A DNA stretch of 64,000 nucleotides from Octopus bimaculoides (GCF_001194135.2 NC_068994.1:42140777-42204776); one strand, 5' to 3'; numbered from the stretch's first letter, positions 1 to 14,609 are shown. Notes: generated by a model from the sequence alone, not told the origin. Numbers and translations: made by a program.

Positions 1-59
1 AAAACCCAGTAAAACACTACAGCTCATTTAGTATTCTTATGAAGTATTCTAGATCTGAA

Positions 60-1140
60 TGGAATTATAACTGAAGTTCAAGAACAGACCAAGTCAATTA
101 TGTCAATTACTTGAGAGGCTGGTAAGTTGTATCTTGTAACTGTAAAGGTATTTAACTCTGAACATGCTCCTGGATGATAGGTCTAATCTGTAACCCAGTT
201 TAGCACAATCATCTGGCTCTTTGATGCCTTTAATGGGGTTCTACTCTGTTGTAAACATTCAGACTGGGTTTTCTGTTTACTTTAACCCATGAATCATGCA
301 CATTTTTCTCCCCAACAGTTTTAGAGGACTTGCAAAGGTTTATGAACACTGCCATTACTTCTTTGTTTAAGTCAGAGGAAGAAGACAAGTTCGTCTAGCT
401 CTAGATAACTGTAGCAGGATGGTACAATTAATTTCTCGAAGTTTTACAGGGTACTTTAAGGTTAGCCATGATATAGAGGTGAAACCCATGATCATCATAG
501 GTCCTACAAGACTGATGTCAGCTTGAGTGTCTGTGAAAAAAAACAAACAAACTCAATAGTGTTATCTTAAGGCATGAGCACTCTTGGCAGTTGCTTGAGG
601 AGGGGGCTCACAACTCTAGGGGACCAATTCCCATCTATGTATGCTGTGGCCTATCAATAAATATATAATAAAGAGCCCAATGCATTGATTTGCCTGGGTG
701 CCATAGAGGTCTTGGGGCACAATTCTGATCTGTGGCTTGCTTTCAGTACAAAATACAGCAGATCCTAATGCATTGATTTGCCTCTGTTATGTTGTAAAGA
801 TACCCTTGTCTATCAAAACAGTTGTACTCACAATTAATACCTATGAGCTAACGTATTGTGGTGCTTGTAAACTCTTTGACTTTCTCATCAATTTCTATAT
901 GATCTGACATGCTAGGTATAACAGTCAAATCTCACTTAAAAAGCACTCTGCCATCTTAAGAAGAAAGTGATGAACATGTTGGCTGTCATCCAAGACACAT
1001 TGTGTCTGCAAAACATTCTGTACACCACTTTAACAATTCTGCCAACTGACCACTTTAAGTAATGTAATATAGAAATATCAATGTAGGAATGAAAGTTGTT
1101 AACTTCATTACTCAGGCTGTTACATTGGACATACATCTAC
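60..1140 (-). mobile_element. Highly decayed LINE remnant (APE-like and RT-like motifs)
   Basis: 314-355 translates AVFINLCKSSKTV, resembling the RT motif AVFxDxxKAFDTV. 950-1140 gives SGQLAEL/RMFCRHNVSWMTANMF...RWQS, resembling the AP-endonuclease NGxRLxEFCxxNNLxxxNTFF region. Many stops. Confidence 0.4.
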
Positions 1141-1496
1141 AAAATTTTCATGCTAGCCTCCCATGCATTTAAAACAAGGAGCTGTTGCATCACATTACAT
1201 ACAGAAATAGTTGTGGAAAAAAAAAACAATAATTGATAACAGTATAATCCTGTGAAGAATTCAACAATATATCTTAAAGATTCACAATGGAAGATTTATT
1301 ACTAGCAAAATTTATATCAAAGAAATAAATGATAAAAAAAAAACTAATGCAGAGATTCAGTATGTATGAAAAAATAAATCTATGAAAATAACCAGAATTT
1401 AAGTGTGAGATAGCTTTATATCTAGTGACGATGATTTTATCAGTTGCAAAATTTCTTGTTGCTTATTGTAAAATGTGTTGACAATATACCACTCAC

Positions 1497-1569
1497 ATCA
1501 CTTCATTCAGAAGGTAAGACTGAGAAGATCTTGATATGTTAATGACTTTAGGAATGTTATTGTCCGAAA
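1497..1569 (-). CDS. Weak candidate exon (73 nt, phase 1 to 2)
   Basis: Acceptor AATATTTCTTTGTGTTTAG and donor GAT|GTGAGT. Open frame SDNNIPKVINISRSSQSYLLNEV. Could be chance. Confidence 0.25.
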
Positions 1570-1839
1570 CTAAACACAAAGAAATATTAAATATTTTTTA
1601 AAAAATCACTAATAATTAAGATTGAAAATACAAATACAGACATTTTTCATTATAGCATATTTGAAAGGAAAGCAAATTACTACACACACATGCATAGACA
1701 TGCATACACACACATATCTATATATACATACATACATGTATAGATATATATCATATACTGTTCTACTATTGGGAAGAACAACAAAAAGTTCTCTATCCAG
1801 TGAGAGATAAATATCATTTAAATCTTGTGTGTAAGAAAG

Positions 1840-2012
1840 TATGTGTGTGTGTGAGTGTGTGTGTGTTTGTGTGAGTAATACTCACACATAGATAGATATG
1901 CACACATACACAATTATGTACATATGCATATAAATATATAACTGTATATAGATAGATACACATATATATATATATGCATATGTATCTATATATATCCATA
2001 CATATATATACA

Positions 2013-2049
<37 letters not shown>

Positions 2050-2068
2050 CATAGATATATAACACCTA

Positions 2069-2099
<31 letters not shown>

Positions 2100-2636
2100 C
2101 TTTATCTCTCTCTCTCTCTATATATATATATATGTATATATACACATATACATACAATCATACATACTCATAACGGATAGTTAGATAAAGAGAGAGAGGG
2201 GAACAGGAAGAGAAGTGAGGGGAGTAAGAGATAGACATATCAATGAATGTTGCATTGTAGAGATGTGTGTTAAGAAATCAGTTTATCAAGAGATGGTTTT
2301 AATACCAACTTCCATTAAGAAGTGATCTATCTCGAAATTGGTTGGAATATTTCAACAAATGAAACACGAAATCTAACATGGAATAGATATTTATTTATAT
2401 GTTCTTTTTCTTTACTTAAATACTTCCTTTCCTTTTTACATGATAAATATTTTTCTTCTTGATTGTTCCAGAAATAGCAAAACTGGAAAATCCAAACTAG
2501 ATATAAGTGTGTTCACACACACACACACACACACACTCACACATACCCACACCTACTCACACACAAACATCTGATTATGCCTATGTATATGTGTGTATAT
2601 GCACTCATACATACACAAACACGTGTGTGTATGTGC

Positions 2637-2677
<41 letters not shown>

Positions 2678-2920
2678 GCATACATATATATGAATATGTA
2701 AACGTATAAGCACATGTCTTTACACATGTATATACATGTATATACGCACACACACATACACACACATACTTATCCATATCTATATATCTATCTATATTCC
2801 TACCAATCTTTCGATCTGTCTCTCTCTCTCTATGTGTGTGCATGTGTGTGTATATATCTATAAATATATATATATGTATGTATAACACACACACACATAC
2901 ATACATATATACATATAGAA

Positions 2921-2985
<65 letters not shown>

Positions 2986-3692
2986 CATATGCTTATTCCT
3001 AAAATAAACAAAGGCTTGCATGATGGTTCAGGGAATAGGCGGAAACATCATTAATTCTCTGTGTCCAAAATACATACTGCATGAAATTGGCCAATTTTTG
3101 AAGACAAAAGCAGTTTTCCTCCACCTAGCTTCTCACTGTCTTTCTCAGTTCGACAACTTCATATCACTATATAACGTTGACTTTTGTTGCTAAATAAATA
3201 ACATTTCTTTTTACACAAACGCTAACTAAGCTGCTAAATTGTTCTGACCTCCAAAATGCTTACCATCATGGCTTGATTCTTTATTAAAGGTCCAGCTTTG
3301 TCATGTCATTTTATGTGAACATTCAGCTCAATATTTCATGTGACATTTTTTACATATCTTATAGTTCCGTTCTTTGTATTATATTAATGGATTGTAAACT
3401 TCAGCCCACTCCAGCATGTATGCACACAATATTGCACAGAGGCACACATGCATGCAAGCACATTGTGGCATACACTTTACACTACATGTATAAATCGTAT
3501 GTATTTGAATATAAATATCAGACACACACGCACATATGCATACACATACACAAAAGCATGCATACATACATACATATATGTATATATGCACGAATGTATG
3601 TATATATGTATGTATTTTTCTATCTATCCATCTGTATATATATATGCACATGCACACATGCATATACATATATGCATATGTGTGTGTAAGTA

Positions 3693-3788
<96 letters not shown>

Positions 3789-3905
3789 CCTGTGTGTATA
3801 TATATATATATGTATATCTATGTATATATACACACACACATATATATATATACATATGCACATAAATATTTTTTTATATGTACGTGTACATGTCTATACA
3901 TATAC

Positions 3906-3945
<40 letters not shown>

Positions 3946-4183
3946 NNNNNNNNNNNNNNNNNNNNNNNNNNNNNNNNNNNNNNNNNNNNNNNNNNNNNNN
4001 NNNNNNNNNNNNNNNNNNNNNNNNNNNNNNNNNNNNNNNNNNNNNNNNNNNNNNNNNNNNNNNNNNNNNNNNNNNNNNNNNNNNNNNNNNNNNNNNNNNN
4101 NNNNNNNNNNNNNNNNNNNNNNNNNNNNNNNNNNNNNNNNNNNNNNNNNNNNNNNNNNNNNNNNNNNNNNNNNNNNNNNNNNN

Positions 4184-4216
<33 letters not shown>

Positions 4217-4280
4217 TATATATATATATACACATACATATATATTTATATACATACATACATACTTATTTATATACATT

Positions 4281-4313
<33 letters not shown>

Positions 4314-5096
4314 GCAATAATGAAATAAAATCACCAGAATGTACATATATATATATATGGTTCTGCCCATGTGCGTGACAACCAGACATCAGAATGAGGT
4401 AGGCAGCTTGCAAAAGAAAAGGTGGGCAGGAGATGGCTAAGCACATGAGTAAGAAACGAAAAAAAAGGTATTGATATTGGTAGGAAGAGAGAGATGAATA
4501 GATAAACATGAGAGAGACAGAGAAAAAGGAAGAGTAAGATGAGTGTATATGGAACTAGGGATGGGGACACTCCAATGTCATTATATTCCAGCTTTTTTTC
4601 CATTCTACATTGGGAAGTGTCAATGGTTCCTTTGAAATGAATGAGATAACACGAAAGCAGAAAGATGGGCAGTTAGTTTCAGCCTATTTTAAGGTCCATG
4701 ATGCTATAGATGTAATTTCAGATAGGTTTATGGATAAGAAATATAAAATGTCAATATATAAATGAATATGTGTACATATATGTATGCACGTATGTATGTT
4801 CGCATGCATGCAAGTATGTATGTATACATGTATAGATGTGTGCATACATATATGTATGTCTGTATATGTGTGTGTGTGCATACTTGTATGTTTGCATGTA
4901 TAGATATGTATGCATGCATGTATGTATGTATATATCCATGTATGTAATTTGTATGTAACGGTAGCAATCTAACTGAGCAATCTTACAGGCATAGATGTCT
5001 ACTAACAGTGTCTACTTTGCAATTTGTTCATGGGTTCAATCCCACTATATGGTGTCTTGAAGAAGCATATTCACCATAGTTTTAGTTCAACCAAAT

Positions 5097-5152
<56 letters not shown>

Positions 5153-5200
5153 TGCGCGTGTATATATGCATATATACATATATATACATATATACAAGTA
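1840..5200. repeat. Dense compound dinucleotide microsatellite field (TA, CA/TG, CT) with unique spacers and one N gap
   Basis: Visible tracts at about 1840-2150, 2505-2990, 3500-4315 and 4755-5200. Confidence 0.95.
3946..4183. other. Assembly gap (N run)
   Basis: The other gaps are 10647-10788, 16200-16571, 20417-20897, 50806-50939, 54463-54562 (exactly 100 N, likely unsized) and 60769-60778. Confidence 1.
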
Positions 5201-5269
5201 TATATTTTGTAGTGTTTCATTATTGGTGGAATCAACAAAACATATATGTTTTATGTATGTATATATATT

Positions 5270-5825
5270 TGTATGAATGTGTGCCTTTGTGGTTGTGTTT
5301 GCCCCTGGTCATTTGACGACTGGTGTTAGTTTTGTTTACATCCTCAAAAACACAAAGGTTTGTCTAAAAAGATCAACAACATAATTGACCATTCACATTA
5401 GCTACACTAAGGATGTCTTGCACTAAATTTTATTAAATGATCTTTGATGATTTGTGAAAATATAAAGAGTAGGAACAATTACTATAAAACACCATGTACT
5501 GAATGCAATTTTGCATATAAACCAAGGTTAAAATTGATGAGTTTTTTTTTTATATTACATGGTAGTATGGTAGTAAACTGCATAGACTTTCCCTACTATA
5601 GAGGAGATAACCTTAAAAGGTTTAGTTGATCAAATTGATCTCAGTGAATTATTTTAAGTCTGGAACTTATTCTATTGGTTTCTTTTTATTGAACTGCTAT
5701 GTGACAGAGATGTATACAAACCAGCGTTTATTGTCAAACAATGAAAAAGAACCACAAACGCAAACATAAACAGAGATATGTATGTCTATCTATCTATCTG
5801 TCAATGAATGTGTGTGTGTGTATCT

Positions 5826-5867
<42 letters not shown>

Positions 5868-6520
5868 ACACATGTCTTTTGCACAATTGCCATCAATTAA
5901 ATTCATTGGTTGATCCAGGACTATAGACAAAAGCATAAAGGCAGTGCTCCAGCATGGCCGCAGTCAAATGACTGAAACAAGTAAAAGAGTAAAATGTATT
6001 GGTGGTTTATAGCAGGACTGAACCTAAAACCATGTGGTTAACAAAGTGTACTTAGTCACCCAGCCATACTTGTTTCTTTTATTAAAGAGAAAAAAAAAAC
6101 ACACAAAAATGTAATAAAGTTTTTTTTTAGATTTTTTTTTAGATTTTTTTTCTGTTATATGTATCAATATATTTTATATTAAATGAGATATTAAAAACTA
6201 ATATATTAGATTATAGAAGATTATCTTCTACTCTTATAGTAGTTGTGCAACATTGCATAACATGCAGGTTATTAATGGTTTTTAAAACAATTTAGACCCT
6301 AAAATTGAGATGCATATTTTACATGGTAGTATATTTTCTTTGGATTTCTATACGTAGTATAGTAGAAACTTCCTATATGTAAGTTGCCAGTTGTGTGGTT
6401 AAGATGTTTGGTTTGCAGTTGTGTGTTCAGGCCTGCTGCACAGCACCTTGAGCAAATGTCTTCTACGAAAGCCCTTGGGACTGAATTTGGTTGATAGAAA
6501 CTGAATGATGCCTATCATGT
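5270..6520. mobile_element. Cluster of family A fragments (tails about 5270-5400 and 5900-5995, minus head about 6000-6070, plus head about 6385-6520)
   Basis: Exact tail AAGGCAGTGCTCCAGCATGGCCGCAGTCAAATGACTGAAACAAGTAAAAGAG at 5939-5990; the heads are diverged. Confidence 0.7.
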
Positions 6521-8747
6521 GTGTGTGTGTGTGTATAGAGTAAGAGTTAGGGTTAGAGAGTGATAGATAGGTAGATAGATAGATAGATAGATAGATGGAT
6601 AAATAGATAGACAAACAGACAGATAAGATTGATAGATAGATAGATAGATAGATATGTATATAGATAAATAGATAGGCATATGCATGTACAATAAGGGCCA
6701 TCTTAGCAACATTATTGGCCCCTGAGCAAATAAATGCATTAAGCCCCATAGTATTTATTAATAGCAAGCAAAACATACATAGATCAGAATATCAGAATTG
6801 GGTCCCGAGACCCATGAGGCCCACAAGTAACTGTAGTGTATCCACACCTTAAGAGTGTACTGTTTATAATATCTACTATTAGGGAAAGGTTTTTAAATGT
6901 TCCACAATGTATATATGAAAGCATTTAAAAGAAATAGAACAGGTCAAACTATTCCAGACATATGTATTCACAGAATAAATGAAACTATGCAAAGTGGAAA
7001 TAATTACTAAGAACTAGTCAGAATGTTTCTGTCTTGTATGTTTTAGCTTCAATCGAATGAGCAGTACTCATGGCTTTATTGCAAAGCCTTCAAAGCTGTT
7101 TAGAGGAAAGGTTGGGAAGAAATCACAACTTATGGGTTGCTGCAATATGAAACAGAAGTTTAAGATAATGAGGTAACATTATGTGTAACCCAAGAGCTGT
7201 TTGACAGGCTTAATTTCATTGAGTTAGAGAAAAGATCAACTAAGTATCCAGAGTAAGTATTGACACCAGTGATACAGACACACACATGGCTGTGTGACTA
7301 AGAAGTATACTTCACAGCTAGATAGTCCTGGGTTTGATCTCATCATGCAGTATTCAAATTTTGTAGATGAACACTGCACAAAAGACCATTACACACACAT
7401 ATGTATATTCATGCCTACACACATAAACAGATGTGTATGTGTGTGTGTGTATGTGTGTGCGTGCATGTACACACATGTGTGTGTATTTGCCCCATGTCTT
7501 ATGTGTGCACTAACTGTAAAGAAAAGGTTCCACCATTCAAACAGTGTCGTTTGTTTATAATACTCTGTGAAATCATGAGTTGTCATTGAGCCATGTGCTG
7601 TTTGAAGGAAAAGATGAAATATTACCTTAGTCAGAAGCAGGCGAGGGTTGGTGACAAGAAGAGCTTCCCATCTGGGTGGAGAAAAGCATCTGCCATAAAT
7701 TTCATCTGACCCTTAACCATGAAAGCATGGAAAAGTGGACATTAAAATAATGATAATGATTAAAGATGATAATGGTGATGTGTGTGAATGTGTCTGTTTG
7801 TATGACTGTATGTATGTATCATAGTAGGTAACTGTCACCCTTTATGACAAGAATATATAACATCGTTGTCGTCAGTTTAACGTTTATTTTACTATGACCA
7901 GATGTCCTTCCTGTTACCAACATTCATGTATTTCCAAGCAAGTTAAGAATTTTGTTGCTGATACATATATGCATACATATAATTATACATATGTAAATGT
8001 ATGTGTGTGTGTGTGTTTAAATTGTTGTCTGTGTTTCTGTATTGCGTCCCATTTTGTTTGATAACTTAGACATTTGACAAACTGGGATCAATATGAAACC
8101 AGTCAATGAGTAAAAGATTAAAAGAATCGAGATGTGATGTTAATACAGCAAGAACAATCTACATTAGCATCATCAATACAATCTACAGAACTGTAAAAAT
8201 AGAAAAGTCACAAGTAACGCAGTTACACACATCCACAGAATTAGTTTGTAATTCTAATGAGGAGAAATAACAGCAGACGAAAAATTCAAAAATAAAGAAA
8301 AAAAGCTAATGGAACAGATATTGTAATTGGGAATGAAAGTAAATTAATGACAAAGAAGAATGGCAGTAAAAGAATACTGGACCAGATATAAGTGAAATTA
8401 ATTGAGTACTGCTGTAATAATTTCTCCAGTTAATGTGAATGTAATATTAATTAATTAATGGCAGTCTCTTGAGTACATGAAAGATGAACCTGTACAGCCA
8501 AGTTGTTTATAATGATCAAATATTTGTGCTGCACATGAGCTCACCTGTTCTGTCAAATTTCCATAACCTGTACAGGTGCACGGGGTTCCACACATTAAAT
8601 GTCAAAGTGATTAGAGAGTGATGTGAGACGAAGTGCTTTGCTGAAGTACACAATGCACTACCTAGTTTGAGAATTGAACCCATGATCTCACAATTGTAAA
8701 TACAAAATCCTAGCCACTAGGCCATGGTTCCCTCACTGAATGTAATA

Positions 8748-8966
8748 GTCTTTTCTACTTTAGGTACAAGGCCTGAAAGTTTTGTGGGGAGGGGACCAGT
8801 TGATTAGATTGACCCCTGTATGCAACTGGTACTTAATTTATCAACCCCAAAAAAATGAAAGGCAAAGTTAACCTCAGTGGAATTCGAACTCAGAACGTAA
8901 AGACAGATGAAATACTGCTAAGCATCTCACCCGGTGTGCTAATGTTTCTGCCAGCTCGCTGCCTTC
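8748..8966 (-). mobile_element. tRNA-derived SINE family B (MetaSINE-like central domain)
   Basis: The minus strand carries a head AAGGCAGCGAGCTGGCAGAAAC...GAGTTCGAATTCC, then TTTGCCTTTCATTT...GGGGTTGATAAATTAAGTACCAG, resembling the MetaSINE/Sauria central motif. Confidence 0.8.
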
Positions 8967-9779
8967 GCTGAATGGAATATTAAAAGCCAACATAGACAGA
9001 AAGATTTGCAAACGGTTAAATTAGAATGTTTATTTAGTGAGACCTGCCTTTTGTTAAACTCACTGCTTTAACAAAACATGACATAAAGTTGTGGTGCTGT
9101 AAGTTCTTTATTCTCTTTGTTAGTGACCAGCTTGAACTCTCTCAAGAAAAACATACATCATCATTGTTATAATGCTTTTTCTATGCTTGAATTGGTTGGA
9201 CAGAATTCCTTATGGCAGATTGTCTATGTTTTGACGCCCTTCCTATCATGAACACTTACCCATTTTCAAATAAATTAGTATTGTTCTGAGGCTATGTATG
9301 TTTTCATGGAAAACTGGAAATGTAGGACACAACTTTACAAGTATAATTGGATATGAAAAGAAGGAGACGCAAGCCCATATATACACATATATAGACAAAC
9401 ATACATATAGATAAAGCTTATACATACACACACATCTATATACATACACGTATACATACATACATACATTCATACATACATACATACATACATACATACA
9501 TACATACATAAACACATGTATACATATTTGATGATTACTACAGCTCTATCTTAAACAATTCCATTGCTGATTGTTCCCTTAAAGCATCGTGGATTTTATT
9601 ACATTTAAATTTCTATCTTACAATTAACTAAATTAGCATAGAATAATGGTTTCATATTTTTTTTATAATTAAGATCTAAACTGTTAATACATGAATGCAA
9701 AAGAGACAGTTGAATAACTGTAAACTGACTCTTGGGCCACCCTGTAGATTTTTATGAAGAATAGACTGCAGAATTGATA

Positions 9780-9970
9780 CCAGTGCTGGTGCCACGTTAA
9801 AAGCACCCAGTGCACTCAATGGAGTGGTTGGCATTAGGAAGGGCATCCAACAACAGAAACCATGCCAGAACAGACAATGGAGCCTGGTTCGGCCCCTGGC
9901 CTTACCAGCTCCAGTCAAATCATCCAACACATGCTAGCATGGAAAACAGATGTTAAATGATGATGATAAT
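9780..9970 (+). repeat. Dispersed retroposon 3' module (GGAAGGGCATCC...CATGC.AGCATGGAAAA..GTTAAATGATGAT)
   Basis: Related copies at about 7620-7770, 36690-36920, 45535-45750, 52700-52940 and, on minus, 61680-61785. Confidence 0.7.
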
Positions 9971-10110
9971 CATGATGAGCTCAGAAAATAGAATGATGTT
10001 TTGTCCTTTGACCAGTAAAGAATTAACTCATGTAAATTTTTGTGTCAATTCTATACTTAACAATATTTTAATGCTGTGCTTTTAATGCATAGTTAACAAC
10101 TATTTTTTTA

Positions 10111-10156
<46 letters not shown>

Positions 10157-10812
10157 TACTTATCAAGCTCATATCTTTTAAGTATCAGGTGTTTCTGAAG
10201 CAGGAATAGTATTATGTTTGATTTTTCAACCATTTACAGAGCTATAGTGTTCCTCATTATGATAATTTGAAAACATTTTGAATCTATAATGGCTCTAGAT
10301 GTATGTGATATATTCTGAGATCAGATAAATAATGATGATGCATAAGCACTTTCCTGAAACATTCTTTATAATGAATTTTTAGCAGAAATAATTATTGGGT
10401 ATATATACGCAATTAATATTCACAACTATCAAAGCCTTTAACTTATAAATATCTGGCAATAGTTAGCTTAATATTTATTAATGAGAGAGAGCCTTCTGCA
10501 TGGTCATTTGATCAACTTGCTAGAAATAGAAGACAGCTGTCCTTTAGAATCACACACTTTAGATAAAGAAGCATACATTGGATATTAAAAATGTGTTTGC
10601 CTGTGTGCATTTATAGATATATGTATATATATATATATATATATATNNNNNNNNNNNNNNNNNNNNNNNNNNNNNNNNNNNNNNNNNNNNNNNNNNNNNN
10701 NNNNNNNNNNNNNNNNNNNNNNNNNNNNNNNNNNNNNNNNNNNNNNNNNNNNNNNNNNNNNNNNNNNNNNNNNNNNNNNNNNNNNNNNACACACACACAT
10801 AAATATGTATGT

Positions 10813-11196
10813 GGAGGCGCAATGGCCCAGTGGTTAGGGCAGCGGACTCGCGGTCATAGGATCGCGGTTTCAATTCCCAGACCGGGCGTTGTGAATGTTT
10901 AATGAGCGAAAACACCTAAAGTTCCACGAGGCTCCAGCAGGGGATGGTGGCGAACCCTGCTGTACTCTTTCACCACAACTTTCTCTCACTCTTACTTCCT
11001 GTTTCTGTTGTGCCTGTAATTCAAAGGGTCAGCCTTGTCACACTGTGTCACGCTGAATATCCCCGAGAACTACGTTAATGGTACACATGTCTGTGGAGTG
11101 CTCAGCCACTTGCACGGTAATTTCACGAGCAGGCTGTTCCGTTGATCGGATCAACTGGAACCCTTGACGTTGTAAGCGACGGAGTGCCAACAACAA
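10813..11196 (+). mobile_element. tRNA-derived SINE family C, full length
   Basis: Box A TGGCCCAGTGG, box B GGTTTCAATTCCC (10866-10878), tail ending GACGGAGTGCC(AAC)n. CpGs are intact, suggesting a young copy. Confidence 0.88.
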
Positions 11197-11887
11197 TATA
11201 TGTATATGCATATAAATAAATATATATAAATATATTTGCATAAATATGTGTATATATATGTATATATATGAATGTGCATATATATGCACACATGTATACA
11301 CACACACACACACATGCTCTCAAAAATATATTCATAAAATAGATATATATTTTTTCATGTAAAGTATGGCACACTTGATAATATAATATCTGATAAACAA
11401 AAACTGAAGGAATGATCATGAATGGAATGTTTTTGAACATAAATCTACCAAAACGAGTTTGATATAAGGCTATATAATAACATCAAGAGCAGCAGCAAAA
11501 GTAGCAGCAGCAGCAAAAGTAGCAGCATCAATACTCTCGTCTTGATCTGAAGGAGGAAACTTAATAAACAAAACAATCCTTGGGCTTTATAGATATGAGT
11601 TACCACAGGGGACTACTATTTTCCCCTTGAATAACCACCAAAAATGATCTATTTTATATTTTAACATATTGATCTGCTAATCCATTTGACAATTGTAAAC
11701 TTCAGGCCTGTATAATGTAGCTATGATGTGACAGTCCAATGAATTGAATTTGAACTAACCAGACTTTGGTTGTGGTAAGGTTTTAGAAATTGGAAATCCT
11801 ATTTTGACAATATTTTGCATCTGATAGCTTGTTCACTTGACGTCATTAGTCAATAAATGAACCTATATTAATTTCAAAGTTCACATA

Positions 11888-12296
11888 AGGCGTAGGAGTG
11901 GCTGTGTGGTAAGTAGCTTGCTTACGAACCACATGATCCCGGGTTCAGTCCCACTGCATGGCACCTTGAGCAAGTGTCTCCTACTATAGCCTTGGGCCGA
12001 CCAAAGCCTTGTGAGTGGAATTGGTAGACGGAAACTGAAAGAAGCCCATCGTATATATGTATATATATATATATGTGTGTGTGTGTGTATGTTTGTGTGT
12101 CTGTTTGTCCCCCCAACATCGCTTGACAACCGGTGCTGGTGTGTTTATGTCCCCGTAACTTAGCAGTTCGGCAAAAGAGACCGATAGAATAAGTACTAGG
12201 CTTACACAGAATAAGTTCTGGGGTCGATTTGCTCGACTAAAAGGTGGTGCTCCAGCATGGCCACAGTCAAATAAACGACTGAAACAAGTAAAAGAG
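11888..12296 (+). mobile_element. tRNA-derived CORE-type SINE, family A, full length
   Basis: Head GGAGTGGCTGTGTGGTAAG..GGGTTCAGTCCC, CORE-like GGCACCTTGAGCAAGTGTCT, internal (TA)n(TG)n, tail GCTCCAGCATGGCC..GACTGAAACAAGTAAAAGAG. Near-identical copies occur elsewhere in the window. Confidence 0.9.
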
Positions 12297-12727
12297 AATA
12301 AGAAAAGAGCTGTGCAAATGCCTAAATATTCTGTAAAATTATCATCTGTGAATTCATATAATAAAAACACCCACCTGTTTTTCCCATCTCAGTCATTTCA
12401 TAAATTCTCAGAAACAAATTATTAATGATGGTAAAACTTGAATTATTTGCAAATTATTCATCAGGCCTGATAGTGTGTTACAAAAGATCAGTTTGCAGAG
12501 ATAGATGTGTAATTCTGAATTTGATGTATGTAGCTGACGTAGCTAAGGTCTTCTAAACACTTCGATTGACTTTGGTAGATGAAATTATGAAGAAGGCCAT
12601 TATGTTTCTGAGTGTGTGTGCATGAATCATAGATCTATGTATCAATGTATGTCTGTTTATGTTCTGTAATATAGCAATCCAACAAAGAGTAATCAATGAA
12701 ATAAGTATCAGACTAAGATAATTAAAG

Positions 12728-13135
12728 AGGTGCAGGCGTGGCTGTGTGGTAAGAAGCTTGCTTCCTAACCACATGGTACCAGGGTCAGTTCCACTGCATG
12801 GCACCTTGGACAAGTGTCTCCTATTGTATAGCTTCAGGTCGACCAAAGCCTTGTGATTGGATTTGGTAGATGGAAGCTGAAAGAAGCCTGTCGTATATGT
12901 GTGTGTGTGTGTCTTTGTCTCTATGTTTGCCCCCCCCCCCCACCAACCACCATCACTTGAGAACTGATGTTTACATCCCTGTAACTTAGTGGCTCAGAAA
13001 AAGAAACTGATAGAATAAGTATTAGGCTTATAACGAATAAGTCCTGGAGTCAATTTCTTCATCTAAAAAAAAACCCCTTTAAGGCAGTGCTACAGCATGG
13101 CCAGAGTCAAGTGACTGAAAGAAGTAAAAGAATAA
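12728..13135 (+). mobile_element. SINE family A, full length
   Basis: Same head, CORE and tail as 11888-12296. Confidence 0.88.
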
Positions 13136-13399
13136 ATGAATAATCACAAGAGTTGAGCTGTGTAAATGGTGTCCAGCATAGCTGCAGTCTAATGAATAAA
13201 ACCAGCGATAAGAAGAGTAAAAAACGAAAATCATAGCATTATGTTCCACAGTTAAAATTTTAGAAAAAGTAAATATTGAGTATGAATCATATTGCAGTTG
13301 CCAATATTTAGAACTATCTCTTCCATATTTTTGAGAATATGATGATAATTGACAAAGACATTTTGAATACATAAATGTGCCTTTGCTCTTTCTTTGACA

Positions 13400-14400
13400 C
13401 AAATATCTCTTTTAACCTCATTCATTATTCTCTGGTATGGCCGGGAGATAATACCTGGTGGAAGAGTTTAAAATTACAAAAGCTTGTTGCTGCTATATGA
13501 TTGTATAGGATTCAATGGATTCCATTGTTGTTGCAGACCAGGTAATAGTGTTGAGATGAGAGAAAAGAGATGAAGTTTGAGAAAGGCTGTTGAGAGTTGG
13601 TACAAACAGGAGACTAAAATAGTAGTTAGTTAGCTAATATATGTAAGCAGCAGTGGAGAAAGTTGAGCATAGAAAGCTATTATGGAGCATATTATATAAA
13701 ATAAAGCTTAGTGAGTTTGCTATTCCTTCTGAGTTGATTGTATACGATGTGCTTTCATTCTTGTACGTTATTAGACAATGAAGCTGAAGTATGACTTCTA
13801 TTTGACTAACATCCAAGTGGAGGTTATGCAATGCTAGAGAATATTCTGACAACATGCAAGACCATTCCCTTGCTGAATAATCTTCACAGCATAACCAAGA
13901 TTTGCTGATGGTTTGATGCTACAATATAGTGATATAGCTGCAATGTGGTTAAACACAAATGTAAACACCATTGTTTTTTTTTATAAGAAGGGTAACAAGA
14001 AGACAATGTAGGGCATAACTAAAGGAAAACCAAGATTCATATATCTTCATGGTGTTAATGATTGGAAGATATAAGTGGATTTAAATGAAGCACCCATGTT
14101 TGCAAGCCAAGCAACAATCTGACCTTACAGTATGGCCAACCTAGAAAAAAATTGTCATTGAGCTGATGGTGGCTTAGGAAAGCAACATGAAATAAATAAA
14201 TGAGAAGAAAAGCCTAAAATATGAAAGATTTAGCGATTTCTGTAGGCTACAAGGATAGTATTGTATTGAAGTTTTCAAAAGAAATGGGAAGTCATGGATT
14301 TGTTGCTGGATTGAAAATGTTCAACCTAGTTGGCTTTCAGCTTATGAAGGATAGCAGAGCAGTGATATAGAAAATGATTTGTCATAGATATGACATCGAC
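13400..14400 (+). mobile_element. Decayed HERO-like (R2-group, REL endonuclease) non-LTR retrotransposon, 3' part
   Basis: Across stops and frameshifts: LVEEFKITKA (13455), VEHRKLLW, VYDVL, LENILTTCK, HNQ, LTVWPT*KKIVIELMVA*ESNM (about 14124-14190, cf. RPDxxxW...ELTVPWE), KYE...CRLQG, EMGSHGFVA (cf. EVGCRGF). Confidence 0.8.
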
Positions 14401-14573
14401 AAAGCAAATATGAAATTAGTGAGCAATGAATAATATTTTAGTAGGTAGTAAAAAAAAAAGAGTGCATGGTTCAAGTAATCTGAGCTACATCCAGTTTGGT
14501 ATAATGGCTGCATGTACAATAGGGTAAAACATATAAAGATACATATACACACATGTATGTATATACATCCATA

Positions 14574-14609
<36 letters not shown>

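Noticed and set aside
677-783. 17-bp direct repeat AATGCATTGATTTGCCT at 679-695 and 767-783
   Set aside because: Only two copies, inside a decayed LINE. This is a local duplication or TSD of a tiny insert, not a CRISPR-like array.
9260-9313. 54-nt minus-strand exon candidate (FHENIHSLRTILIYLKM)
   Set aside because: The donor lies in a decayed copy of the dispersed GCCCTTCCT..CTCACC repeat module, so it is probably repeat-derived.
10813-10885. tRNA-like sequences with box A and box B (also 25953, 59476 and family A/B heads)
   Set aside because: They continue into SINE bodies and tails and lack a complete cloverleaf and terminator. They are SINE heads, not tRNA genes.
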